Below, one piece after another: positions 10,699 to 21,712 of a stretch of DNA of 64,000 bases (its first letter is position 1; each line of letters opens with the position of its first letter). The stretch covers positions 1 to 64,000 of the forward strand of contig JANQHR010000047.1 of NCBI GenBank assembly GCA_028282585.1. Reading direction: 5' to 3'. Position numbers and translations under genes: made by a program. The notes beneath the pieces were generated by a model, which was given only the letters and a program-made list of their open reading frames with translations, searched no databases and had not been told where the DNA came from. This DNA comes from Bacteroidales bacterium (GTDB taxonomy: Bacteria; Bacteroidota; Bacteroidia; Bacteroidales; UBA12077).

Positions 10699-11004
10699 AT
10701 TATTTTTTTATTATCACACCGATAGACTATTCTTGAAACCTATACAGTCAAGTTCCTACAAATAGAAATAATACTTTTATCGTCAGGCCGAGATACAGTT
10801 TTGAACTTGCAAAAGATTCAAACCGATAAAAAAATAAATTTGATTTAAGAACTTGAAAAGATGAAAAGCAGTTTACCTATTCTCAAAAGGGCTCATTGTG
10901 TGTAACTTTTCTAATAAATATTACTGTTGTAAATATTGCATAAATACAATTGATGTGCAGAACTTTCCCAACAAGAACATATTTATTAAAAATTACACCT
11001 AACG

Positions 11005-11019
11005 GTGTCATAATGACAC
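11005..11019. promoter_or_regulatory. Palindromic operator/UAS upstream of clpB
   Basis: GTGTCATAATGACAC palindrome. Confidence 0.5.
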
Positions 11020-11149
11020 TATTAGGTTGTGTTTTGCAAGACAAGTTGGCATCAATATTTAATAGATGTTAAATCGTATTTATGCTAATTGCTGTAAGTA
11101 ATAGATTATAAGATAGATACGAAAGTATTTGTATTGAAACTAATTTCAA

Positions 11150-11165
11150 TGGAATATGATTTGAA
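11150..11165 (+). promoter_or_regulatory. Possible sigma54-type -24/-12 promoter of clpB
   Basis: TGGAATATGATTTGAA, GG-N10-GA spacing. Confidence 0.4.
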
Positions 11166-11217
11166 CACCTATTTATGAGAGTTAAAAGTTATTAATTCAA
11201 AAATAAAATTATTAGAA

Positions 11218-13806
11218 ATGAACTTAGATAAATTTACATTAAAGTCACAGGAAGCAATTCAAAGAGCACAGCAAATTTCTTTAGATTTAGGGCATCAGAG
11301 TATTGAGTGTGGACACTTGCTAAAGGGGGTATTTGAAATAGACGAGAATGTAATCCCATTTTTATTTAAAAAGCTCTCTGTTAATCATAATATTGTAACA
11401 CAAGCCTTAGATAAGCTAATACAAAGCTATCCTAAAGTTAATGGTGGACAACAATATTTATCAAGAGAAGCGAGCGAGGCTTTAGTAAAAGCACAAAACT
11501 ATCTAAAAGAGTTTGGTGATGAATACGTTTCTTTAGAGCATTTAATACTTGCATTGTTAAATGTAAAAGATAGCGTTTCTCAACTACTAAAAGATAGTGG
11601 TATAAATGAAAAGGAACTTAAACTAGCAATAAATGAATTGAGAAAAGGAGAAAAATCTAACAGTCTCAGTTCAGAAGATTCATACAATGCATTAGGCAAG
11701 TATGGAATAGATTTAATTGAACAAGCAAATTCAGGTAAATTAGATCCTGTAATTGGCCGGGATGAAGAAATCAGAAGGGTATTACAGATATTATCGCGAA
11801 GAACAAAAAACAATCCAATTTTAGTGGGTGAACCTGGTGTAGGAAAAACAGCTATTGCAGAAGGTTTAGCTTACCGTATTGTGAATGGCGATGTTCCGGA
11901 TGATTTGGCATCTAAACAAATTTATACACTCGATATGGGAGCATTAATTGCTGGTGCTAAATACAAAGGTGAATTTGAAGAGCGATTAAAAGCAGTGGTT
12001 AAAGAAGTAATCAGTTCTGATGGACAGATCATTTTGTTCATTGATGAAATACACACGTTGGTAGGAGCTGGTGCAAGCGAAGGTGCTATGGATGCTGCCA
12101 ATATCTTAAAACCTGCATTGGCTAGGGGTGAGTTACGTGTTGTTGGAGCAACAACTCTAAATGAATATCAAAAATACTTTGAAAAGGATAAAGCTCTAGA
12201 AAGACGATTCCAAATGGTATTGATTGATGAGCCAACTGAAGAAGATGCAATTTCAATTTTACGAGGTTTAAAAGAACGTTATGAGAATTTTCATAAAATT
12301 CGAATCAAGGATGAATCTATAATTACAGCTGTTCAGCTATCCAGAAGATACATAACTGAGCGATTCTTACCTGATAAAGCTATTGATTTAATTGATGAAG
12401 CATCGGCTCAATTGAGATTAGAAGTTAACTCAATGCCAACAGAAATAGATACTATAGAAAGAAAAATTCGTCAGTTGGAAATTGAAAAAGAAGCAATTAA
12501 AAGAGAAAAAGATAAGGAAAGATTATCTCAAATAAATAGTGCAATTGCGAATTTTGATGATGAATTAAAGCAGTTAAAGGCTAAATGGAATGAAGAAAAA
12601 GAAATAGTTACACAAATCCAGAATACCAAGCAGCAGATCGAAGATTTAAAGTATCAGGCAGAGAAAGCTGAACGAGAAGGAGAACTTGGGAAAGTTGCTG
12701 AAATAAACTATGGTGTGCTGCCACAAACAAAAGAAAAGTTAGAGCAACTCGTAGATCAATTAAAAGAATTGGAAGTTCAGGGAAAAAGATTGATGAGAGA
12801 AGAAATCACATCAGAAGATATTGCTGAGATAGTGTCAAGATGGACGGGTATTCCAATTCAAAAAATGCTATCAACAGAAAGAGAAAAACTGTTAAAAATT
12901 GAAGATAAGTTACATGAACGTGTAATTGGTCAGGATGAAGCAATACAGGCTATTTCAGATGCTATTAGAAGAAGCAGAACTGGTCTTTCAGATGAAAAAC
13001 GACCAATCGGGTCGTTCCTGTTTTTAGGAACAACAGGTGTTGGTAAAACTGAGCTTGCAAGAGCTTTAGCAGAATACTTATTCGATGATGAAAATATGTT
13101 AACTCGAATTGATATGAGTGAATATCAAGAGCGACATGCAGTTTCACGTTTAATAGGAGCTCCCCCAGGATACGTTGGTTATGACGAGGGTGGACAACTT
13201 ACTGAAGCAGTTAGAAGAAAGCCATACTCAGTTATTCTTTTAGATGAAATAGAAAAAGCACATCCTGATGTATTTAATATTTTACTTCAAGTGCTCGATG
13301 AAGGCAGGTTAACTGATAATAAAGGAAGAACTGCAAACTTTAAGAATACAATTGTTATAATGACTTCTAATATTGGATCTGGTATTATTCAGGATAATTT
13401 ACAAAACTTAGATGATAAAAATTCAGATGAGATATTAAGTAAAACAAATTCAATGGTATTTGAATTATTGAAAAAAACAGTTCGTCCTGAATTCTTAAAT
13501 CGTATCGATGAGATGATCATGTTTAAGCCATTATCAAGAACAGATATTCATGATATTGTTAAACTACAATTCAAATTTTTAGAGAAACTATTGGCAAAAC
13601 AAGAAATTACGATTGAATCAACCGAGAATACAATAGATTACATTAGTAATGTAGGTTTTGACCCACAATTTGGGGCAAGGCCAATTAAACGATTGATTCA
13701 AAAAGAAGTACTAAATCTTATTTCAAAGGCAATTTTAGAAAATAATGTAGCATCAAAATCTAAAATAGTAATGGATGTTGTTGATAATAAGATTATTTTC
13801 AGGTAA
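11218..13806 (+). CDS. clpB: ATP-dependent chaperone ClpB
   Basis: Two AAA+ modules ([16 protein letters not shown]), middle coiled coil, [12 protein letters not shown]. Confidence 0.98.
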   Translation: MNLDKFTLKSQEAIQRAQQISLDLGHQSIECGHLLKGVFEIDENVIPFLFKKLSVNHNIVTQALDKLIQSYPKVNGGQQYLSREASEALVKAQNYLKEFGDEYVSLEHLILALLNVKDSVSQLLKDSGINEKELKLAINELRKGEKSNSLSSEDSYNALGKYGIDLIEQANSGKLDPVIGRDEEIRRVLQILSRRTKNNPILVGEPGVGKTAIAEGLAYRIVNGDVPDDLASKQIYTLDMGALIAGAKYKGEFEERLKAVVKEVISSDGQIILFIDEIHTLVGAGASEGAMDAANILKPALARGELRVVGATTLNEYQKYFEKDKALERRFQMVLIDEPTEEDAISILRGLKERYENFHKIRIKDESIITAVQLSRRYITERFLPDKAIDLIDEASAQLRLEVNSMPTEIDTIERKIRQLEIEKEAIKREKDKERLSQINSAIANFDDELKQLKAKWNEEKEIVTQIQNTKQQIEDLKYQAEKAEREGELGKVAEINYGVLPQTKEKLEQLVDQLKELEVQGKRLMREEITSEDIAEIVSRWTGIPIQKMLSTEREKLLKIEDKLHERVIGQDEAIQAISDAIRRSRTGLSDEKRPIGSFLFLGTTGVGKTELARALAEYLFDDENMLTRIDMSEYQERHAVSRLIGAPPGYVGYDEGGQLTEAVRRKPYSVILLDEIEKAHPDVFNILLQVLDEGRLTDNKGRTANFKNTIVIMTSNIGSGIIQDNLQNLDDKNSDEILSKTNSMVFELLKKTVRPEFLNRIDEMIMFKPLSRTDIHDIVKLQFKFLEKLLAKQEITIESTENTIDYISNVGFDPQFGARPIKRLIQKEVLNLISKAILENNVASKSKIVMDVVDNKIIFR

Positions 13807-14140
13807 TGTACATTAATGAAACACAAATAGAACTAAAAATTGCAGAAAGTGTGTTGGAGTACTAATTTTTTATTTGTCTTTACAACCAAGCTAAACTTAA
13901 AAAGTAGACTGTCAAACTGCTACAAATAAAAAAATCTTTCAGAGTCAGAATGAAATGAAATTTCCAACTCGAATAAATTGTCAAACAGTTAAAAATGATT
14001 CTTGACTTATTAATCTGAAAAAAAAGCAGTTTAGTTTTTCTGAAAAAAATCGCTTTACTTATAACTGCTTATTAACGTTAATGAGTAGCTGGAATCTGTA
14101 GCGATAATAATTAAGAAAAATTGAATATCTTTGTTTTAGC

Positions 14141-14454
14141 ATGAAAAAAAAGAATTATTAAATAGAATTAGATTGGCTGTTCAGCAGCATGATAGTGATG
14201 CCGAAATCTATTTATATGGTTCCGGAGCACGTGGAGATAATAGAGAAGATTCTGATTGGGATGTGTTTATTCTTGTAGATGAGAATAAAACTGCAAACCG
14301 AATCGAAGACAGGTTCAGAGATTCTTTATATGATATTGAATTAGAAACAGGACAAATTATTTCCATTTTGATTTATCCGAAGTTCTATTGGAATAATAAA
14401 TTGAAACATTCTCCTCTTTACAAGAGTGTAACTCACGATGGTATTCGCTTATGA
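14141..14454 (+). pseudogene. Minimal nucleotidyltransferase (MNT antitoxin), frameshifted near the start
   Basis: LYGSGARGD...SDWD motif; ATG 14141 is followed by an A8 run, and one more A would give MKKKELLNRIRLAVQ in frame. Confidence 0.7.
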
Positions 14455-14885
14455 CCAAAGAAGATTATATCAATTACAGATTGGATAGAGCTAATGAAGC
14501 ATTTGAAGATACAAAATTGCTTGCTGAAAATGAAAGGTGGAATACGGCGTTAAATAGACTATATTATGCTTCATTCTAAACAGTTATAGCTTTGTTGATA
14601 AAGAATGGCATTGAAACGCAGACTCATGATGGAGCTAGAACCCAATTCGGTTTACAATTTGTAAAGACAGGAATGGTTGACAAGAAATTTGGGAAACTAT
14701 TTTCAAAGCTGTTTGATTATCGGTTGAAAGCTGATTATGGAGATCTATTTGATTTCGGCAAAGATATCGTTGAACCGCTTTTTGAAGAAGTAGAATTATT
14801 GATAAATACAATTAGGAAAAAATATAGGCTTCCGTTATTAACATTTTTGTACTCCCGGCCTAAAAGAAAAGAATATGAAACTTAA
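14451..14885 (+). pseudogene. HEPN domain protein (MNT-HEPN toxin partner) with a nonsense codon
   Basis: ATG 14451 gives MTKEDYINYRL...NRLYYASF, then TAA at 14577-14579, then TVIALL...THDG...RLKADY in frame. Confidence 0.8.
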
Positions 14886-15621
14886 ACTTTTTCTTCTTTT
14901 TGGATTATTTGCTACACTTGATAGCTTTAGCCAAGAATTGATTGAAACGAAATATTTTGACAAAGAATGGAAAGAAGTTACAGTAAAAAAATTCCATACG
15001 AAACGTGAAATATATAAACAAGCTGATAATATTTACGTAATTAAAGATTATTTCAAGGGGAAATACCTTGAAATGACTGGTTATTTATCACAACTTGAAC
15101 CTGACGTAGAAAATGGAACGTTTACGTTTTTTGATAAGAGAGGAAACAAAATTGATGAGATAATTTATAAAAATGGAGAACCAATTGAATGGTATAGTTG
15201 GCTGGGCAATGAAAAGAAACTTGTAGCTGATTATAATTTTAGTTTGGATTATGAAAATGTAAATCAGTTGACAGAAACTACTGAAAAGAAAAATGTTGAT
15301 ACTGCTAATTTTGAAGTTGTTGAAACAATGCCATCTTTTGAAGACAAAGACGCTTCATACTTCCGCGTTTATGTACAGAAAAATCTGAAATATCCCAAAT
15401 TAGCATTCAAGTATAATCAGCATGGAATAGTATATGTTTCATTTGTTGTAAATAAAGATGGAACACTTAGTGACTTTGTTGTAACCAAGTCAATTTGTAA
15501 GTCACTTGACAAGGAAGTGGTTAGAGTTCTGCGGAATTCTCCAATCTGGAAGCCAGGGACACAAAAGGGTAAACCAGTAAAAGTAAAATTTTCATGCCCC
15601 GTCGTTTTTGCATTGTTTTAA
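14875..15621 (+). CDS. Energy transducer TonB C-terminal domain protein with signal peptide
   Basis: VETMPSF, LKYP, G.VYVSFVV..DG and W.PG.Q.GKPV motifs. Confidence 0.85.
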   Translation: MKLKLFLLFGLFATLDSFSQELIETKYFDKEWKEVTVKKFHTKREIYKQADNIYVIKDYFKGKYLEMTGYLSQLEPDVENGTFTFFDKRGNKIDEIIYKNGEPIEWYSWLGNEKKLVADYNFSLDYENVNQLTETTEKKNVDTANFEVVETMPSFEDKDASYFRVYVQKNLKYPKLAFKYNQHGIVYVSFVVNKDGTLSDFVVTKSICKSLDKEVVRVLRNSPIWKPGTQKGKPVKVKFSCPVVFALF

Positions 15622-15862
15622 AACAAAGTCAACTTATAATATGGTGTTTCCTTCATTATGGGTTTAGGTTTGCAGTCAGGCTTCTTAAAGCATTGGCTTT
15701 AGATTCAAAGCAAGAAGAGCGTATCCATTGAAAAAAGTACGTTTAATTTGAACGACTCTGTTTGACGATAAAGTGCATTCGTTTAACGAAAAAAATTGAA
15801 GAAGAGGATAAATAGGAGGTTATTTGTTTTATGATTTTACTAAAATTTTAAATTTGAAAATT

Positions 15863-16528
15863 ATGAAAGCAAAAAGAAATATTTTTATTACAGCAGTAGC
15901 TCTATTGTCACTCATATCTGGTTGTGCCGTAATTTCATTTTATCCTCTTTATACCAATGATGTATTAATAAACGACGATAGAATAATTGGTAAGTGGGCT
16001 ACAATTGAAGAATTAGGTATACACCCGAATGATATTGATACGTTGATTTGGGAAATTTCATTCAATGATAAAAAGTGGGTAAAAAAATACAATACACCCT
16101 ACGACAGGGGTAGTCATCAAGAACCCAACCGTTATACTTATTCATTATTACTATATTACGCTTCTTCTCCTGAAGATAAAGTGGAATTTCAGTTACATTT
16201 GGTAAAATTAAACGACAAAACATATATTGATTTTTATCCGGAAGAGTGGAAGATAGATAACACAATTTTAGCATTTCACCTTATAGGTGTTCATACTTTT
16301 GCAAAAGTAGATATTAACGAAGATTACATTAATATTGATTGGTTTGATTCGGAATGGTTTGAGCAAAAACTGAACGAAAATAAAATTCGTATAAAGTATG
16401 AGAAAAATAGTTCTAACATTCTTTTGACTTCAAAACCTGGAGATTTACAGAAATTTGTAATAAAATATTCCGATGATGAAAATGCATTTGATGAAGACAA
16501 TAAATATGAATTGAAGCCAATTAGATGA
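15863..16528 (+). CDS. Hypothetical lipoprotein
   Basis: MKAKR...LISGC lipobox; ATG 15863 preferred. Confidence 0.75.
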   Translation: MKAKRNIFITAVALLSLISGCAVISFYPLYTNDVLINDDRIIGKWATIEELGIHPNDIDTLIWEISFNDKKWVKKYNTPYDRGSHQEPNRYTYSLLLYYASSPEDKVEFQLHLVKLNDKTYIDFYPEEWKIDNTILAFHLIGVHTFAKVDINEDYINIDWFDSEWFEQKLNENKIRIKYEKNSSNILLTSKPGDLQKFVIKYSDDENAFDEDNKYELKPIR

Positions 16529-17562
16529 TAATAAGCAAAATTATAAAAAGAATAAACAAGGTATTTTTTCACGCCCTGTTTTGGAGCGTTTCAATATTTG
16601 TGTTTGCATTTATTTTCCGCTTGTCAGAGATTATTAGCAATCTTGATGTTATTTACTCGTTGCTTTTTCACACTACAATTATTGTTTGTGTTTACCTCAA
16701 CTTTTTAGGTATAAGATTATGGTTTGATAAAGGAAGGTATGTAAAATACGTTGGTTTTGTATTAATAAATCTTGCGGTTACCATAATTTTAAACCAATAT
16801 ACTTTTAATGTATTCGTTGATTTGATATTTCCTGACCATTACTTTGTTTCTCAATTTAATAATACGGAAATAGGATTAATTGCATTAGTATTTTTAACTA
16901 TAACATCAGCCATTAAATTATTAAAATCTTGGCTCTATTTACAAAAAATAAATCGGCAAGCTATTGAAACTGAAAAAGAGAAGATTGATAGCGAACTTCA
17001 AAGTCTAAAATCTCAGATAAACCCTCATTTTTTGTTTAATAGTTTAAATGTGATTTATTCTTTAACATTAAAAAAAGATGAATCAACACCAGAGGTTGTT
17101 TTAAAACTGTCAGATATTTTAAGATATGTCATTTATGATTCAACACAGGAAAAGGTATTATTAAGTTCCGAGATATCACTTCTTAAAAAGTATATCGATT
17201 TGCAGAAGTACAGGATTGAAGATGAAGTTTTGATAAGTTTTAGTAGTGAAATTGAGTATGATGTGATGATTGCCCCGTTAATATTTTTGACTTTGTTAGA
17301 AAATAGTTTTAAACATGGTATTAGGAGTGAAATTGAAAATGTTTTTATAGATGTAAAATTGTATTCAAATACAGAGAAAGTATATTTTGAAATAGAAAAC
17401 AATAAATCTCAAACAAAGCCAAATTCTAACGAACAAAGGGGAGTTGGATTAGAAAACATTAAAAAAAGATTAGGGCTACAATATCCCGACAAACATAAAT
17501 TAAAGGTGTTGGATAATGAAAAAACGTTTAAGGTTTATTTAGAAATTGAGCATGAAAATTAA
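16525..17562 (+). CDS. LytS-type sensor histidine kinase
   Basis: LKSQINPHFLFNSLN, LLENSFKHG and GVGLENI motifs; N-terminal TMs. Confidence 0.92.
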   Translation: MIISKIIKRINKVFFHALFWSVSIFVFAFIFRLSEIISNLDVIYSLLFHTTIIVCVYLNFLGIRLWFDKGRYVKYVGFVLINLAVTIILNQYTFNVFVDLIFPDHYFVSQFNNTEIGLIALVFLTITSAIKLLKSWLYLQKINRQAIETEKEKIDSELQSLKSQINPHFLFNSLNVIYSLTLKKDESTPEVVLKLSDILRYVIYDSTQEKVLLSSEISLLKKYIDLQKYRIEDEVLISFSSEIEYDVMIAPLIFLTLLENSFKHGIRSEIENVFIDVKLYSNTEKVYFEIENNKSQTKPNSNEQRGVGLENIKKRLGLQYPDKHKLKVLDNEKTFKVYLEIEHEN

Positions 17563-18238
17563 TTGTATTATAGTTGATGACGAACCTGCATCAAGGGAAG
17601 TACTTGAAAAATACATTTCTGATACTGATATTCTGAACCTTGTGGCGGAATGCAAGAATGCAGTTGAAGCAAATGAAGTATTAAAAAATAAGAGCGTGGA
17701 ATTGATGTTTCTTGATATAAATATGCCTAAAATTTCGGGTGTACAATTATTGAAATCATTAACGTCTCCACCTAAAGTGATTTTTACAACTGCTTTCCCC
17801 GAATATGCTATTGAGGGTTTTGAACTTGATGCCGTAGATTACCTTTTGAAACCTTTTTCATTTGAAAGGTTCTTAAAAGCAGTCAATAAATACTCATTAT
17901 TAGCTGATAAAGAGACTTCACGTGGAAATAGGACGATTTTTCTGAAATCAGAAAAGAAACTTTACAGAATTCTAATTGGTGATATTATTTATTTAGAGGC
18001 GGTTGGTGATTATGTAAAAGTTGTTTTCGGAGAGCAAACAATTATTGTGCATAGTACATTTCAGGATTTATTAGAGCAACTTTCCCATCCTAATATTGTG
18101 CGCATCCATCGTTCTTTTGCTATGGCGATTGATAAATTTGAATACATAGATGGGAATCAGATCATAGTAAAAAGCAAATCTTTACCAATTGGAAAAGCCT
18201 ATCGAAAAGAATTGTTGGCAAGACTGGAAAATTATTAA
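17552..18238 (+). CDS. LytTR family response regulator
   Basis: IVDDE, FLDINMP and YLLKP receiver motifs; RIHRSF in the LytTR domain. Confidence 0.93.
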   Translation: MKINCIIVDDEPASREVLEKYISDTDILNLVAECKNAVEANEVLKNKSVELMFLDINMPKISGVQLLKSLTSPPKVIFTTAFPEYAIEGFELDAVDYLLKPFSFERFLKAVNKYSLLADKETSRGNRTIFLKSEKKLYRILIGDIIYLEAVGDYVKVVFGEQTIIVHSTFQDLLEQLSHPNIVRIHRSFAMAIDKFEYIDGNQIIVKSKSLPIGKAYRKELLARLENY

Positions 18239-18262
18239 ACTTCAGTCCCCGACAATGCATGT

Positions 18263-18307
18263 TATGTAAAGGTATAGGTCGTGCCTATTGGTAGGTATAC
18301 TTAAAGT
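18263..18307. repeat. Intergenic repeat, copy 1 (related to 20236-20280)
   Basis: 36/45 identical positions by manual alignment. Confidence 0.6.
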
Positions 18308-18533
18308 GGCTCAAATTGAGTAAGTTTCTTTTGTTTTATCTTTGGAAAGAGTTGTGAAAGCTTAAATCAGATTAACCATGCTGTTATTTGCAAAAATCTC
18401 TGGGTAGGAGCAACTATAAGGTATGTTAATAGTTTAATAATAAACAAAAAAAATTAAATTGTTGTCCAATTTCAAAGTTTTCAATCATTATGATTATGTA
18501 CATTAATTATTTATTCATTTAAAAACAAAAGAC

Positions 18534-18884
18534 ATGAAAGATTTTATGATGCTATTCCACAGCGAACCTGATCCTAACTTTAATCCTACCCCTGAGCAAA
18601 TACAAGAAGAAGTGAAAGCTTGGCAAGATTGGATAGGAGGAATTGCTGCTCAGGGCAAACTCAAGAATGAGGGAGAAGCTTTGGGCTTTGAAGGAAAAAC
18701 TATGCATGCAGACGGAACGGTTACAGATGGCCCATACGCCGAAGTGAAAGAAATTGTAGGAGGTTTTATTATTGTCTCAGCGGATTCAGTTGAAGAAGCT
18801 GCCCAATTGGCTAAGGGTTGTCCTGGTTTAACCAATGGCGGTAAAGTAGAAATCAGAGACATTATGGTTTTTGATGGAATGTAA
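18534..18884 (+). CDS. YciI/DGPF family protein
   Basis: VTDGPYAEVKEIVGG motif. Confidence 0.9.
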   Translation: MKDFMMLFHSEPDPNFNPTPEQIQEEVKAWQDWIGGIAAQGKLKNEGEALGFEGKTMHADGTVTDGPYAEVKEIVGGFIIVSADSVEEAAQLAKGCPGLTNGGKVEIRDIMVFDGM

Positions 18885-18910
18885 TTCCTCTTAACGGGAA
18901 ATGCAGTAAT

Positions 18911-20131
18911 ATGGATGACAAAAAACTGTCCGGGATATTTAAGTCTGAGTACAGCAATTTAATTGCTGTACTCTGCAATTATTATGGATTAACTGATCTG
19001 CAATTAGCGGAAGATATTGTATCCGATACTTTTCTGAAAGCCATGAAAGCCTGGTCTCATAAGGGCATTCCTGAATTCCCAAAGGCCTGGCTCAGGAAAG
19101 TGGCTCAGAATCTATTGAACGAACATTACAGAAGAAAAAAAATCTACGAGCAAAAAATCACTCCTGAATTAGATGTTAGAAATCAGCATGTTAATTTTGT
19201 TGAGATCACTGATAAGATCATTGAAGATAGTCAGCTTCAAATGATATTTGTGCTCTGCGACCCTAAACTCAATAGAGAATCACAGCTTTGCATTGCTTTA
19301 AGAATCTTATGCGGTTTTAGTATTGAAGAGATCGCCAGAGCACTTTTGTCAAATAAAGAAACAATTAATAAAAAATTATATAGAGCTAAAAAAGCAATCA
19401 AAGAACGTAATCGAGTTGAAACGAATCTTACATCAAGCCAATATGTTTCAAGACTTGACAATGTGCTAAGAGTCATATATTTATTATTTAATGAGGGGTA
19501 TTACAGCAGCGTTAATGAAGAAAATATCCGCTATGAAATATGCTGGGAAGCCATGCGGCTTAGTCTTTTTTTGTCTGAGCAAAAAATCTTTCCAAAGCAA
19601 AAGATATATGCCCTGATAGCTTTAATGTGTTTCCATGCTTCCAGATTAGATGCAAGAAAATCAGGAGAAAACGTTGATCTTTTGTACCATGAACAAGATA
19701 AAAGGAAATGGAATAAAGACCTGATTCAAAAAGGCAGGAAATATCTTAATCTTTCTGCTGCAGGAAATGTTATAAGCAAGTATCACCTCGAAGCTGCAAT
19801 CGCTTATTGGCATACGGAAGAAACCACTGGAAAATGGAATAATATATTGCAGTTATATAATAAATTGCTTACCATAGAATATTCACCTATCATAGCTATG
19901 AATAGAACATACGCCCTTGCACAGGCTAATTCTGTTGATGAGGCTATTCAAGAGGCTCATAAATTAGAATTAAAAGATAATCACCATTATTTCTGCTTGT
20001 TAGCTGAACTTTACCGTATGAATAACAATATCGACAAAGAAGTAGAATATTTAAATAAAGCGATTGAATTTGCAAACAAGGAAAACGAAAAAGAATTAAT
20101 CAATAACAAATTAAAAAAAGTGAATCGATAA
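18911..20131 (+). CDS. ECF sigma-70 factor with C-terminal DUF6596/TPR extension
   Basis: AEDIVSDTFLKA region 2, VIYLLFNEGY and YHLEAAIA motifs; adjacent to YciI. Confidence 0.88.
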   Translation: MDDKKLSGIFKSEYSNLIAVLCNYYGLTDLQLAEDIVSDTFLKAMKAWSHKGIPEFPKAWLRKVAQNLLNEHYRRKKIYEQKITPELDVRNQHVNFVEITDKIIEDSQLQMIFVLCDPKLNRESQLCIALRILCGFSIEEIARALLSNKETINKKLYRAKKAIKERNRVETNLTSSQYVSRLDNVLRVIYLLFNEGYYSSVNEENIRYEICWEAMRLSLFLSEQKIFPKQKIYALIALMCFHASRLDARKSGENVDLLYHEQDKRKWNKDLIQKGRKYLNLSAAGNVISKYHLEAAIAYWHTEETTGKWNNILQLYNKLLTIEYSPIIAMNRTYALAQANSVDEAIQEAHKLELKDNHHYFCLLAELYRMNNNIDKEVEYLNKAIEFANKENEKELINNKLKKVNR

Positions 20132-20219
20132 TACGCTTTAAAATGCTAAAGCTATTAAAAGCGATAATTATGCTTACCCGGTATTGAAATTACAAATTTA
20201 AAGGAATTAAAATAGTTTT

Positions 20220-20382
20220 GCATAACTTGCGTTACTATGTAAAGACTTAGGCCGTGCCTAACGGCAGGTAAACTTTAAGTAGTTTAAATCAAATTAAGTA
20301 TACTGCCAGTTGTAAATGCTGGTCACATCTCACAAATGATCTTAAATCGGAGGGGGCGGCACAGGTTTACAAAAGGTTATAT
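20220..20382. repeat. Intergenic repeat, copy 2, within an imperfect long palindrome (attC-like)
   Basis: GCATAAC...GTTATAT ends with nested TGTAAA/TTTACA and GTGCC/GGCAC pairs. Confidence 0.45.
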
Positions 20383-20543
20383 ACAGTTCAAAAATAATTT
20401 TCTTTATATAAAATAAATATACGCTTTCTTAAAAAGTGGATAAATTTGATTTTTTCTTTTATTTTAGATGAGAACAATACTCTGTTTTCTATTACGTTCC
20501 GAAAGTGAATTGTTTATAACTTTTAATCATTAGGTATAATATT

Positions 20544-20990
20544 ATGAAAATACTCACTTACTCAATTGAAATCAACAAATCTCAGGATTTTGTATTCAAC
20601 AAAATTATGGATAAGACGGTATATCCTGACTGGGCGAAAGCATGGGGTGAAGGTATGGCTTATGAGGGGGAATGGAAGGAAGGTGGACATATTTCTTTCT
20701 TTGATCAATCACAAGGTGGAAGCAAAGTGATCATTGAAGAATTGAAACCGAATGAATACGTAAGGGCTAAACACATTGCCATGGTAAACCCACAAAATGT
20801 TGAAGTAGAATTAAAAGACGAAATGATGATAAAGTGGATTGGCTCTACGGAGGAATACTACTTTAAAAAAAGGAGCAGTGATGTAACGACACTTGAAATT
20901 GTTATGACCGTTAATGAAGTGTTTCAAGAAATGCTTGATGGTACCTGGCCAAAAGCTCTTCAATATTTCAAAGAAGTTTGTGAATCGTAA
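20544..20990 (+). CDS. SRPBCC/START-like domain protein
   Basis: Y..W...W.EG..I.F pattern and C-terminal WPKALQYFKEVCE helix. Confidence 0.8.
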   Translation: MKILTYSIEINKSQDFVFNKIMDKTVYPDWAKAWGEGMAYEGEWKEGGHISFFDQSQGGSKVIIEELKPNEYVRAKHIAMVNPQNVEVELKDEMMIKWIGSTEEYYFKKRSSDVTTLEIVMTVNEVFQEMLDGTWPKALQYFKEVCES

Positions 20991-21085
20991 CTACCTTAAA
21001 CTTCTTGTATGTAATGATAAAAAACAAACGATAGCTGTTATTTAGCGACATGAGATTATAATAATGCGATAAATAGAATTTTTAC

Positions 21086-21712
21086 ATGAATAAATTGAAA
21101 CAAAATAAACGAATTCTGATTTTTCCAATTCTGATAGCAATGGTAATGATGAGTGAGGTTGGCTGTTCTGATAGAGATACTTATTATTTTGATTGGAATA
21201 AGATCAGTTTGAATAATTTAGAGATTTATTATGAAAATGAATCGTTACGATATCAACAAACGGACAAGTTAACTTTTGCTCCTTTAACGTTTGGAACCAG
21301 AATAGGCTTTGATTATCAAATGATAGCTGACTTTGGGAATATAAACATTAATTTAATTCAATCGGCACATGCTTTAACAAAACCAACTGATGAATATATT
21401 TTAAAGGACAAAATACTGTCCATTTCTGTTAAGACCGTTCATGATTTTGATAACGAGCATCAAGCCGGGAGCGATATCTCACATTACTTTAAAACATTGT
21501 GGTCAGGTGACTTTATTCCAATAAATTCAAGGTTGAATGGAACTAATGGTATTAATGAACCACGAATTTCTGAAAATTATTTAAATGAGGAATACGATAT
21601 TTACCTCAGAGAAAATCCTTCGATTGGGGAAAAACACCAATTTGAAATTTTAATAGAATTTGAGTCTGGAAAAATATTGACAAAAATGACGGATGAAATT
21701 GAAATAAAATAA
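21086..21712 (+). CDS. Hypothetical lipoprotein
   Basis: Signal peptide ending in VGC. Confidence 0.7.
   Translation: MNKLKQNKRILIFPILIAMVMMSEVGCSDRDTYYFDWNKISLNNLEIYYENESLRYQQTDKLTFAPLTFGTRIGFDYQMIADFGNININLIQSAHALTKPTDEYILKDKILSISVKTVHDFDNEHQAGSDISHYFKTLWSGDFIPINSRLNGTNGINEPRISENYLNEEYDIYLRENPSIGEKHQFEILIEFESGKILTKMTDEIEIK

Noticed and set aside
10571-10765. 64-aa ORF upstream of corA
   Set aside because: No recognisable protein features; it overlaps the structured element, which better explains the local GC content
10614-10795. M-box (ykoK) or NiCo riboswitch
   Set aside because: Conserved core sequences of those families were not found on either strand by eye
8181-14579. Stop-codon reassignment explaining the in-frame TAA codons in the NYN and HEPN genes
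   Set aside because: TAA terminates most intact genes in the window, and the two stops appear to replace different residues (likely Lys and Tyr)
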